Positions 8,697 through 18,300 of a stretch of 64,000 bases of DNA are shown here, in pieces. The translations under genes were made by a program, and so were the position numbers. The stretch comes from an uncultured Opitutia bacterium (lineage in GTDB: Bacteria > Verrucomicrobiota > Verrucomicrobiia > Opitutales > Opitutaceae): the NCBI GenBank assembly GCA_937952235.1, contig CALFZM010000082.1, forward strand, positions 4,312 through 68,311. The letters run 5' to 3'. A model generated the notes under the pieces. It saw only the letters and a list, made by a program, of their open reading frames with translations. It made no database searches and was not told the DNA's origin. The stretch's first letter is position 1, and each line of letters begins with the position of its first letter.

Positions 8697-10091
8697 CTAT
8701 TCCCCAATCTTTTCACCCGGACGGCCTCCTTTGAGCCGGTAGCGTACGACGTCCCGCGAGACACCCAGCAATCGTGCCGCGGCGGACACGTTGCCACTGG
8801 CCTGCTTCATGGCGTGGCCGACGAGTTCATCGATCGCCGACTCGAGAGAGAATCCGGTTTCGGGAAACACGAAGTCGCGTCGCAACCAGCCATTCGACGC
8901 GGCGCCGCTGTCGGGACCGCCGCCGAGGTGGGGGAAGGCGAGGCCGTGATCGCCGCCGAACACGACGGCGCGTTCGATCTCGTGGGCCAGCTCGCGCACG
9001 TTGCCGGGCCAGCGGTGGGCAAGCAGGCGGCTGCGCCCTTCGGGCGGAAGCGGGGGGACCTTCTGTCCGTAACGGCGGCAGACGCGCGCGAGCAGTTCCT
9101 CCGCGAGCGTGATGATGTCGCGGCCGCGTTCGCGCAGCGGCGGCAGCCGGACGCGAAAGAGATCGAGGCGGTGCAGGAGATCGGCGCGGAAGCGTCCGGC
9201 CGCTGCCAGGGCGCCGAGGTCGGCATTCGTGGCGGCGATCACGCGGGCGTCGACCGGGATCTGCCGGGAGGCGCCGACGCGGCGCAGCGACTGGTCCTCG
9301 ATCGCGGTGAGCAGCTTGGCCTGCAGGCCCGGCGAAAGGCTGGGCAGTTCGTCGAGGAAGAGCGTGCCGCCGTCCGCCGCCTCCATGAGGCCGATCCGGG
9401 CGGTCTTGGCATCGGTGAAGGCGCCGCGTTCGTGGCCGAACAATTCCGCCTCCGCCAGCGCTTCGGGCAGGGCGGAGCAGTTCAGCTCGATCAGCGGTTC
9501 ATCGGCGCGCGGGCCGTTGCGGTGGATCCAGCGGGCGATCGCCGTCTTGCCCGTGCCCGTCTCCCCCTCGATCAGGACGGGCGGCAGCGCGCCGCCCAGG
9601 CGGCGATCCGCCGCAGTGATCTTCGCGAGCTGCTCGCGGACGGCCGCAAGGCTCTCGCCGAAGACGAGGGAGTGGTCCTGGCCGCGGCGAAACTCGTCGG
9701 CGCGCCGGGCCTGGCGGCTTCGTCTCGCCTGCGCGATCCGCAGCGGGAGTTCCTCCGGATCGAACGGCTTCACGAGGTAATCCGCGGCGCCGGCGCGCAG
9801 CGCCTCGACCGCACCGGCCACGTTGCCGCCGGCAGTCATCACGATGACGTTCGTCGTCGGTGCGAACACCTTGTCGCGCAGGAGGTCGGTGCCGCGCCCG
9901 TCGGGCAGGTGCACGTCGATCACGGCCGACTCGAACGAGAGCGTTTCCACCGCCTGGCGCGCCGCGGCGAGCGTGGAGACGGCGGTGACTTCCGCCCCCT
10001 CCTTTTCCAGATAGGCGGAGAGTCGCTTGCGCAGGACCGCTTCGTCCTCGAGCAGAAGCACGCTCAGGCCAGCCATTGGAGATTTCGCCAT
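8697..10091 (-). CDS. Sigma54-dependent response regulator (NtrC/ZraR family)
   Basis: Receiver domain (LLLEDE, VIDVHLPD, KPF), GETGTGKT, ELFGHERGAFTDA, LFLDE, WPGNVREL, C-terminal Fis-type HTH. Confidence 0.95.
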   Translation of the reverse strand: MAKSPMAGLSVLLLEDEAVLRKRLSAYLEKEGAEVTAVSTLAAARQAVETLSFESAVIDVHLPDGRGTDLLRDKVFAPTTNVIVMTAGGNVAGAVEALRAGAADYLVKPFDPEELPLRIAQARRSRQARRADEFRRGQDHSLVFGESLAAVREQLAKITAADRRLGGALPPVLIEGETGTGKTAIARWIHRNGPRADEPLIELNCSALPEALAEAELFGHERGAFTDAKTARIGLMEAADGGTLFLDELPSLSPGLQAKLLTAIEDQSLRRVGASRQIPVDARVIAATNADLGALAAAGRFRADLLHRLDLFRVRLPPLRERGRDIITLAEELLARVCRRYGQKVPPLPPEGRSRLLAHRWPGNVRELAHEIERAVVFGGDHGLAFPHLGGGPDSGAASNGWLRRDFVFPETGFSLESAIDELVGHAMKQASGNVSAAARLLGVSRDVVRYRLKGGRPGEKIGE

Positions 10092-10164
10092 GCCGCGACT
10101 GTGCGGGCCGGGCCGAAGCGCTCCACTCAAAACTCGCGGCGCGCCACCGGCGCGCCGTCCGGCC

Positions 10165-10791
10165 TCATTTCGCCGGCGGCGCCATGCGCTCGATCAACGG
10201 CGCGAGTTTGCTCAACCGGATCGAAGGATGCTGCGTCGAATCGAGCAGCGCGATGAACTTGTTGCGCCGCAGGGCGAGCAGGGCGCGGACCTGCGTCTGC
10301 TGGGCGGGATCGAGCCCATACTCTTTCGTCATCCACTCGAGATGGGGCGTGACAACGACGTTCCAGTAGATGGAGGTGAGCGGACGGTCCTTGGCGCGCT
10401 GGATATCCTCATCGGAGAGGGGCGAGCGGTCGGCCTGGCGTTTCGCGTCGCGCTCGGCCCGCTTCTTCTGGTTGAGCGCAAACTTGTCGCGCTGCGCGGG
10501 GGTGAAGAGATGATGCAGCTCCCGTTCGAACTCCGTCTGGATCTCCTCGAGCTGCGTGCTGTAGGCGTCGATGTGCGGACGCAGCTTCTGAATCTCCGCG
10601 ATGAGCTTGGCGCGGTCGAGCTGGCTGTCGGTCTTGCGACCGTCGCCGCTGGCCGGGGAGCGGGCATATTCCTTCGCCAGCGCGGCCGGCGCCGGCGGGA
10701 CGGCTTCGCGGCGGTCGGTCAGCGACCGCGCCAGGTAGCCGGCGAGGAAGACCCCGACCGTCAGCAGGGCCACGAACAGCCGTTGCGTCAT
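10165..10791 (-). CDS. Membrane-anchored helical periplasmic protein, Spy/CpxP-like
   Basis: N-terminal TM/signal segment; two LTxxQ-like motifs (LFTPAQRDKF, LDPAQQTQV); ATGA overlap with the upstream gene. Confidence 0.65.
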   Translation of the reverse strand: MTQRLFVALLTVGVFLAGYLARSLTDRREAVPPAPAALAKEYARSPASGDGRKTDSQLDRAKLIAEIQKLRPHIDAYSTQLEEIQTEFERELHHLFTPAQRDKFALNQKKRAERDAKRQADRSPLSDEDIQRAKDRPLTSIYWNVVVTPHLEWMTKEYGLDPAQQTQVRALLALRRNKFIALLDSTQHPSIRLSKLAPLIERMAPPAK

Positions 10792-11162
10792 AGCCCGATG
10801 CCCGCGTCGTCGTCGTGGGCGACGGCGACGATTTCCTGCCAGACCGCGAGGTTGTGCTCGTCGGCGGCCTCGGCGCGGTGGTGATGGAGGAAGAGCGCCG
10901 CTCCCAGGCAAACCGCCGCCGTCGCGGCGCTGAGGGCAAACTGACTGCCGAGCGAGGGCATCTCGGCCGCCGCCCGCGCCGCGCGGATCACGCGCCCGGC
11001 AAACCCCGGACGAAGCTGACGCGCACCGGCGCCCAACAGCTCCCGCCATGTGTCTTCGTGCGGACCGCGCGCGGTCCGCACCACGCGATCGGCGAAGCCG
11101 CCCCGCAATTGCGACGAGGCGTGCGCCTCGAGTTTCCTCCAGGCGTGTTCTTCAGGTTTCAT
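10788..11162 (-). CDS. Putative anti-sigma factor (single TM)
   Basis: Overlaps the ECF sigma stop; cytoplasmic N-terminus, one TM helix, short C-terminal tail. Confidence 0.7.
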   Translation of the reverse strand: MKPEEHAWRKLEAHASSQLRGGFADRVVRTARGPHEDTWRELLGAGARQLRPGFAGRVIRAARAAAEMPSLGSQFALSAATAAVCLGAALFLHHHRAEAADEHNLAVWQEIVAVAHDDDAGIGL

Positions 11163-11700
11163 GTTGTGGTTGGTAATGCTCCCGAAGGTGTTCGCGGGCG
11201 CGATGGAGGCGAGCCTTCACCGCCGCGACGCTGGTTTCGAGAATCTCCGCGATCTCCGCATGACTACGTCCTTCCTGGACCAAGGCAAGCAGCGCCCGAT
11301 CCTGCGGACGCAGCTGCGCGAGCGCATGCCGCAGCGCATCGAGCTCCTCCGAGTCCACCGCGCCGGGCGGCTCCGGGATGTTTTCATGCTCTTCGCCAAA
11401 CGGCAGGAAGATCCGGCGCAGCTTCTGCCGCCGGAGCTGGTCGATGCAGGTATTACGTGCGAGGCGGAAAAGCCACGACTCGAACTGCGCCGGCGCCTGC
11501 AGCCGGTCGAGGGCCCGGATCATTTTGATGAAGACCTGCTGCGCGAGGTCCTCGACGTAATCGCTTCTCCCGGTCATGGCGTACACGAAGCCTGCGACGC
11601 GATGCTGGTAGGCGACCACCAGGTCCCGCTGGGCGCTCTCGTCGCCCTTCTGGGCACGCCGCACCAGGTCGGCGAGCTCGGTCGGAGAAGTTGATTCCAT
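11152..11700 (-). CDS. ECF RNA polymerase sigma factor
   Basis: EDLAQQVFIK, FESWLFRLARNTCIDQLRR (region 2); EIAEILETSVAAVKARLHRAR (region 4). Confidence 0.95.
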   Translation of the reverse strand: MESTSPTELADLVRRAQKGDESAQRDLVVAYQHRVAGFVYAMTGRSDYVEDLAQQVFIKMIRALDRLQAPAQFESWLFRLARNTCIDQLRRQKLRRIFLPFGEEHENIPEPPGAVDSEELDALRHALAQLRPQDRALLALVQEGRSHAEIAEILETSVAAVKARLHRAREHLREHYQPQHET

Positions 11701-11819
11701 GCGCAGCGCATTCGTGTCAGCAGCAAGACGGGGGAATGGCCAGAAAGATTCGACCCGCTCGCGCGCAACCTTGCCTTCACCGCAACCTTTGCCTCCGCTT
11801 GGCGTCGAACGACGCTCCC

Positions 11820-12560
11820 ATGATGTTTCCGGTCCCTTCCGCCAAGGTCCTTTCGCTCGCCGTGCTCGGCGCCGGTCTGTTCGTCGCCGCGGGGTGCGGC
11901 ACCGGTTCCGTGCCGCGCGACCTGATGATGGAAGAAGCGAGCCGCGGGCCGGTTGAGCGTCCGGTCGCCATGAAGGGCGAAGGCTCCTTTCTCGACGGCA
12001 AGGTGGGCGCGCTCGTCACCGTGACGCGCGGTTTCGATCGCGGCCCGCGGGTCGGCGAGGGTGGCCGGGGCGGGCGGGGCCGGCCGGGGGACGACGACAA
12101 CATTTTCGACGACAACCGGCGCAAGCGCCGCGACGACGTCGGCGCCTTTACGGAAGTTTATAACATCGGCGGGTACGGCGACTCGGAGGAGGATCAGAAG
12201 GAGGCGATGCAGGACTATCTCCGCATGGCCCGCGCCCGCCGCGCCGCGGGCAGCCCGATGCCCCCGGTCACGCTGCGGGTCCTGTTCGAAAACAAGGGCA
12301 CCGAACCGCTCGAGCTCGAGGTCACCGAGGTCAATTCGGACCTGGGCAACTTCGCCGTCCGCCCGCCGAAGCTCACGATCGCCCCCGGCGAGAAGGGAAT
12401 GCTCGAACCGATGATTTCCCAGCTCGGCGTGACCAGCGACGAGATCCCGCTGAAACTCTCCCTCCGCACGGGCGGCAAGCGGGAACAGCAGGTCGTGGTG
12501 GTGAAAAACGTGCTCGCGGAATCGCTGCGCAAGCAGTTCGAGCAGGACCAGCGGAACTGA
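11820..12560 (+). CDS. Hypothetical lipoprotein
   Basis: Hydrophobic signal ending in lipobox-like AAGC; divergent from the ECF sigma gene. Confidence 0.75.
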   Translation: MMFPVPSAKVLSLAVLGAGLFVAAGCGTGSVPRDLMMEEASRGPVERPVAMKGEGSFLDGKVGALVTVTRGFDRGPRVGEGGRGGRGRPGDDDNIFDDNRRKRRDDVGAFTEVYNIGGYGDSEEDQKEAMQDYLRMARARRAAGSPMPPVTLRVLFENKGTEPLELEVTEVNSDLGNFAVRPPKLTIAPGEKGMLEPMISQLGVTSDEIPLKLSLRTGGKREQQVVVVKNVLAESLRKQFEQDQRN

Positions 12561-12584
12561 CCGCGCCGGCGGCGACGCCCGCCT

Positions 12585-13760
12585 TCACCGCAGCATGCGC
12601 ACCCGGCGATCCTTCCGCGGGAACTGCAGCGTCACGATCGTCCCGATCCCCTCCTTGCTCTCGAGGCCGATCTGGCCGCCATGGTCACGCATGATGCGCT
12701 GGGCTATCATCAGGCCGAGCCCGTGCCCGCCCGCCTTGGTGGTGTGGTAGGGCTGGAAGAGCCGCACCAGGTCCTCCTGCTTGATCCCGCTGCCGGTGTC
12801 GGCGAACAGCAGGTACACCGAATCGTCGTCCGCCCGCGACTTGATCTTGAGCTTCCCGCCCGGGCGCATCGCTTCCATCGCGTTCTTCGTGACGTTGAAG
12901 AAGACCTGCTTGATCTGGTTGCGGTCGGCCAGGACGACGGGGAGATCGAGCGTCTCGGCCTCGACCGCGATGCTGCGGTCCGCCAGCTCGCGGTGCTGGA
13001 AACGAAGCACCTCGGCCAGCACCTCGTTCAGGTCGGTCTCGGCCAGGTCGGGCGGCCGGGGCCGGATTGCCTCGAGGAAATTGCTGATGATGCCGTCGAG
13101 GCGCGTCACCTCGTCGCGACAGATGCGGACCGAATCGGCCAACGACTCGGTGTCCTTCGCGGCCTTCAGCCTCCGCAGCTTCCGCTCCATGAGCTGGAGG
13201 TGGATGGTCAGCGAGTTGAGCGGGTTGCCCAATTCATGGGCGACACCGGCGGCGAGCAGCAGGATCGACGAGGTCCGCTCGTTCTCGATCCGTTCCTCGG
13301 TCGATCGCTTTTCCTGCGTGATGTCGGACAGAATCACGGCAAACCGCCGCGCAGGCGTGGCGCCGGTCAGGCGGAAGGGCACCATGTACAACCGCACCAG
13401 CCGCGGTTCCGGGTAGGTGAGTTCGAACTCGCGCGCCACGACCGGCGCCACGCCGCCGCCCGGCTCGTTATCGAGCACCGCCCCGAGCGAATTGCGCAGG
13501 CCAGGCACCAGCCGCCACAGCGTCTGGCCCGCGAGGTCCTCGCCGCCATGGCCGATGAGGCGATGGGCCGCGGCGTTGGCGTAGTCGACCGCTCCGTCGT
13601 CGCGCACCACGAGGATCCCCTCCTGGAGCGTGTTGAAGATCTCCTCGAACGCCGCCCGTTCGCGCGCCAGCCGCTGGACGAGGTTGGCGAGGTTGACCGA
13701 GTCGAGCGTGTCCAGGCGGCCCAGCACGCGGTCGAGGGAGGAGTTTTTCTTTCCGGCCAC
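12585..13760 (-). CDS. Cytoplasmic PAS-domain histidine kinase (NtrB/AtoS-like)
   Basis: PAS region (LQEGILVV..YANAAA), HELGNPL, NVTKNAMEAM, DTGSGI, GHGLGL; no TM segment. Confidence 0.92.
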   Translation of the reverse strand: MAGKKNSSLDRVLGRLDTLDSVNLANLVQRLARERAAFEEIFNTLQEGILVVRDDGAVDYANAAAHRLIGHGGEDLAGQTLWRLVPGLRNSLGAVLDNEPGGGVAPVVAREFELTYPEPRLVRLYMVPFRLTGATPARRFAVILSDITQEKRSTEERIENERTSSILLLAAGVAHELGNPLNSLTIHLQLMERKLRRLKAAKDTESLADSVRICRDEVTRLDGIISNFLEAIRPRPPDLAETDLNEVLAEVLRFQHRELADRSIAVEAETLDLPVVLADRNQIKQVFFNVTKNAMEAMRPGGKLKIKSRADDDSVYLLFADTGSGIKQEDLVRLFQPYHTTKAGGHGLGLMIAQRIMRDHGGQIGLESKEGIGTIVTLQFPRKDRRVRMLR

Positions 13761-13782
13761 AGGGTTGAGGTGCGAGGTGCGC

Positions 13783-14538
13783 TTATTCGAGCAGGTTCAT
13801 CTGCGCCGGATCGATCCGGGCCGCGAGCAGCTTGCGCAGGAAGGCCTCGCGATGCATGCGGGAGGGCCCGAGGCGCAGGACCGCGTCGCGGTGATCTTCC
13901 GTGCCGTAGCCTTTGTGCCGGTGGAAGCCGTAGCCGGGAAACGTCTGTTCCAGCGCGACCATGAGCCGGTCGCGGGTGACTTTCGCGATGATCGAAGCCA
14001 TGGCGATGCAGAGCGACCGCGCGTCGCCCCGCACGAACGCCGCGTGGGGGTAGGGAAACCCGCGCAGCGGCAGCCCATCGACGATCACCCGGCCCGACAC
14101 GCTGGGACGGAATTCCCGCCGCTCCTCGAAGCTCGAAAACAGGTCGGGCTCCTCGCGCTGCCGCTCGAACGCCTCCGGCGGATAGATCGCTCCCAGCGCC
14201 CGGCGCATGGCCAGCTTCGTGGCGCCAAGGATGTTCAATTCCTGGATTTCCTCGACCGTCGCCAGGCCATGCTGGGCGTGGATGCCGCCCTTGGCCGCCA
14301 GCTCCTCGAACTCCAGCCACAGTTCGTCGCGCTGCTCCGGCGTGAGCGCCTTGGAATCGTTCACCCGTCCGGCCCGCGTGAGCGCCCAGCGGCTTTCGAG
14401 AAAGTCGCGCGTCACCACCACCGCCGCGGCGACCACGGGACCGGCAAATGCCCCGCGGCCCACCTCGTCGACGCCGATCAGGTGGGTCACGCCCTGGATT
14501 TGCTTCAGGTCGAAGCCACGCAACTGGCGGCGCTTCAT
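13783..14538 (-). CDS. rnhB: Ribonuclease HII
   Basis: GVDEVGRGAFAGPVV, DSK, VDG, IAMASIIAKVTRD, HKGYGT, HR..F. Confidence 0.95.
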   Translation of the reverse strand: MKRRQLRGFDLKQIQGVTHLIGVDEVGRGAFAGPVVAAAVVVTRDFLESRWALTRAGRVNDSKALTPEQRDELWLEFEELAAKGGIHAQHGLATVEEIQELNILGATKLAMRRALGAIYPPEAFERQREEPDLFSSFEERREFRPSVSGRVIVDGLPLRGFPYPHAAFVRGDARSLCIAMASIIAKVTRDRLMVALEQTFPGYGFHRHKGYGTEDHRDAVLRLGPSRMHREAFLRKLLAARIDPAQMNLLE

Positions 14539-14634
14539 GGTCGCCGACCGATGAAGCCGCCCCGCCCCGCAGTGGCAAGTCCCGCGTCGCAGGCTGGCGT
14601 TTCCCCTGCCCCTGCATTCATTGCCAGCGTGGAG

Positions 14635-15129
14635 ATGCTGCAAACCTGGGAGTTGCTCAGCTACATCGTGACGGTGATCGGTCTCCCGTTCGCCCTGGTG
14701 GTTTTCATCCTGGAGCAGCGGAAGAACCGCTTCAACGAGCAGGAGGAAATCTTCCAGCGGCTGTCCGACGAATACCGCGAGTTCCTCAAGCTCGTGCTCG
14801 ACAATGCCGACCTGCAACTGCTGCGCCGCGACGCGACCCGGCGCGAGCTCACGCCGGAGCAGATCGAGCGCCGCTTCGCGATCTTCGGCATTCTGGTCTC
14901 CCTGTTCGAACGCGCCTACCTGCTGGTGTACGAGGTCAAGATGGACAAGCAGACGCGGCGGCTCTGGCAGTCGTGGGAGGACTATATCCGCGAGTGGGTC
15001 CGCCGGCCCGACTTCAGCGAAGCGCTCCCCGAACTGCTGATGGGCGAGGACGTCGACTTCACCCGTTACATCCAAGGGCTGGTCGCCGCCGAAACGGGTC
15101 GCCGGACAGGCGACGCGCCCGCGTCCTGA
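14635..15129 (+). CDS. Hypothetical protein with N-terminal TM helix and helical soluble domain
   Basis: Strong GC3 bias; N-terminal hydrophobic segment LSYIVTVIGLPFALVVFI. Confidence 0.75.
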   Translation: MLQTWELLSYIVTVIGLPFALVVFILEQRKNRFNEQEEIFQRLSDEYREFLKLVLDNADLQLLRRDATRRELTPEQIERRFAIFGILVSLFERAYLLVYEVKMDKQTRRLWQSWEDYIREWVRRPDFSEALPELLMGEDVDFTRYIQGLVAAETGRRTGDAPAS

Positions 15130-15206
15130 TCGAGCGCAGCTCGCTTTCCGCGGCGCCCGTGTCCTCGGCCCCACCTCGTGCCGCCGCGATACGGAACCGT
15201 GCAGTT

Positions 15207-15300
15207 GAGGCGGAGCCACCCGGGGCCCTCAAGCCGCTGCGAACCGGTCCGTCGAACGTCAGCCGCCTGGGGACAGGCGGCTCCATCTCCACGGCATGCG
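15207..15300. repeat. REP doublet (REPIN-like), family A copy 1
   Basis: Contains CAGCCGCCTGGGGACAGGCGGCTCCA plus a degenerate inverted partner; between convergent genes. Confidence 0.85.
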
Positions 15301-15306
15301 TCCGGC

Positions 15307-18300
15307 TCAGAACTTCGTGCCGACGGAGAACTGCCACGTCCGCGGGTTGTAGTAGACGACCGAGCGGGCCGGGGCGGAGGTCGAGGTGCCGACGATGCCG
15401 GTATAGACGATCCGCTCGTCCTTCTGGTCGTCGAGCAGGTTGTTCACGTTGAGCCGGAAGTTCCAGTCGCGGCCGGCGATCCTGCGCTTGAGACCGACCG
15501 CGGTGTTGACGACGAAGCGCTGGGAGAAGTCGGCCTTGAACCGGCCGGTGACGCGACGACGGAGACCGTTGTCGATCGCGGCCTCGGCCTGACGGCTGCC
15601 GAACCAGTTGATGCCGAGACCGAAGTCCCAGCCCTTCAGCGTGCCGTCGGTGAACGTGTATTTGTTCCACAGGTTCGCCGAGTGCTCGGGATTGTCGATC
15701 AGTCGCACGCCCTTGACGCCGGCCTCGAAGTCGACCGACGACTCATCGAGATTCGCCGCCAGAGCCTGTTGCGTGGTGAAGCCCATGTAGCGCCACCATG
15801 AGTCGTACTCCGTGCTGTTCGGCTGGTCGACGAGGCCGAAGCCGCCGATGACCTCCTGCTTTTGGTACGCGTACGAGAAGGTGGCGGAATAGTTCCGATT
15901 CGGCGTGAAGAGCAGGCTGACGTCGAAACCCGAAGACTCGTCGGCGTAGTTCACGTTGGCGTTGCGATTCTCATAGGCGAGGTTCGCGTACAGGTCGGCG
16001 GGCGTGTTGCCGGTGTTTGCCGTCTGCAGGATCGTCTGCGAGCCCTGCGCCATCGAGGCCGTCGCGGCGGCCTCCATGCCCCGCCGCAGCGGGTCGTTGG
16101 CCGTCGTGCCGAGCGAGCGGTAGTCGACGAGCACCAGATTATTCCGCTCGCCGCGGAAGGCGGGCGAGTTGCGGAACGTCGCCTGGTCGGCGGCGGCGAT
16201 GTACTGGAGCGGGAGCAGGTAGCTCTGCGGCTGGTTGGTCTGGAAGCTCGTCCAGCTCGTGGGCACATTGACGTTGGTGAGACCGGTGCCGTTGTTGCTG
16301 CGGGGCTGCGGGGCCCAGAACACGTTGTAGACCGCGTCCTCGCGCTTGATCTTGTACGCGGCCACGGAGCCGGAAAGCACGGTGCGGCCTTCGCGATCGC
16401 GCCACAGGTCGAACTTGGCGCCGACCTCCTGGCTGCGTGCGAATTCGGGATCCACGGCGTTGCCGGCGCCGTCCTGCTGGCCGGAATCGGGGAAGAGGCC
16501 GGTGGCGGTCAGGCCGTAGAGCGAAATCGCGTCGTTGATCTTGATGCTGAGGCCGGCGGTCGGGCTGTTCTTGTACTGGGTCTCGCCTTTGAAACGGTAA
16601 AAGTCCGCCCGCGTCGTGCCCGCCGCGGGCGTCGGATCGACGTTGCGCACGTAGCTCGAAGCCTGGGTGGGATCGCCGCCCGGCGTGAGCGCATAGTTCC
16701 AGGTCCGGCTGCGGACCATGAACCGGTCGCGCCGCAGACCACCGATCAGGAGCACGCGGTCGCGCCAGAGCTTGCCCTGGTAGACGACATAATGGCCGGC
16801 GTTCCACTCCTCGAAAGTGTTGCGGTTGCTGGTCCGCGCGCCTTCGCCGGCGTAGGCGATCGGCGTGAGCACGCTCTCGCGGGAGAAGCTCTTGAACGAG
16901 TTGGTGATGCCGGCGGCGTTCACGGGCAGGGGTGCACTGCCGAGATTTTTCGCCCAGGTCTTCCGATCATGGAAGCCCACGAGGAAATTGTGGTTCGCAC
17001 CGAGCAGGTTGAAGTTGTAGTTGAGATCGAGGCGGACCTGCCGGTTCTCGTTCTGGCTGGAGGGTCGCGTCCAGTTGTACTGGAGACGCCGGAAACGATA
17101 GTCGTTGGCGCCGGTATAATTCCGCGCGAACAGCGGGTTGGCGAACTGGAGCCCGGTCTGCTCGAAGTAGGTCGGCTGCGACCGCAGGTTGGCGAGCGTC
17201 GTCTGCTGCGCGGCGGTGAGCGGCTGGCCGTTGTTGAAGACGCGCTGGTAATCCACGCTGCCGTTGACCTGGAGGTTCTCGATGTCGGTGCGCGTATAGT
17301 TGAATCCGCCGATGAGCGTGAGGCCGTCGACGAGCTTCTGCGTGACCTCGAGCATGAGGTTGTAATAGCGGGTCTCCTGGAACGGATCGCTGCCGCTGAG
17401 CCGGTAGGCCTCGCCCGAGCCGTACCAGTCGCGCGCGACATTCGGCAGGTCGCCGAACACGGTGTTGGCGTTGTTCTCGCCGTAGAAGTTGAGCGTGTTC
17501 TCGGCGGCGTTGTTGGTGTCGGCGAGGTCCCGGAAGCCGTTGGCCTCGCTGCGGAAGATGCCGCCCTCGACGTCGAGCAGCACGTTGGTGTTCTTCCAGG
17601 GCTTCACCTCGAAGAGACCGGAGAGAAACCGGCGCTCCCGGTCGTCGCCGTCGCGGATCGGATCGGCGTCCGACTTCTGGTACGCGCCCGCCAGGCGGTA
17701 GTTCACCTGCCGGCCGGCGACCTTGAGCAGCGGCCCGGTGGCATCGAACTCGAGGCGGCGGAAATCATGGCTGCCGAACGCCGCCTTCACCTCGTAACGG
17801 GGAACGCTGAGGGGGTAATCGGGGATGATGTTCACGACGCCGCCCAGCACCGCGACCCCGTAGAGGAGCGACTGGGGGCCCTTCGCCACCTCGACGCGGG
17901 AGACGTTGACGTTGTCGGTCACCGACGACGTCACGAAGCCGTTGCGCAACTGCCGGCGGGAATTGTACCCGCGAATGTTGATCGTGGTGCTGGAGCGATC
18001 GCCAAGCCCTTGTCCGGCCTGGCCGGTGCCGGAGGCGGAGAAGAGGAAGTTGTTCGACGTCTGGACGAAATCCTGGGTGATGCCCGCCTCGTAGATCAGC
18101 GCCTCCTTGAAGTCATAAGCTCCGATGTCCTCGATGAATTCCTTCGTGACCACATTGATCGGCATCGGAATGTCCTTGATCGGCGTGTTGAGGCGCGTGC
18201 CGGAGGTCGCATTGGTGGCGCGATAGCCGACGTCCTTGGTCGCATCGACGCGGAACTCGGAGAGCGTGACGATCGCCTCCTCTGCGGGCGCCGGCCGGGC

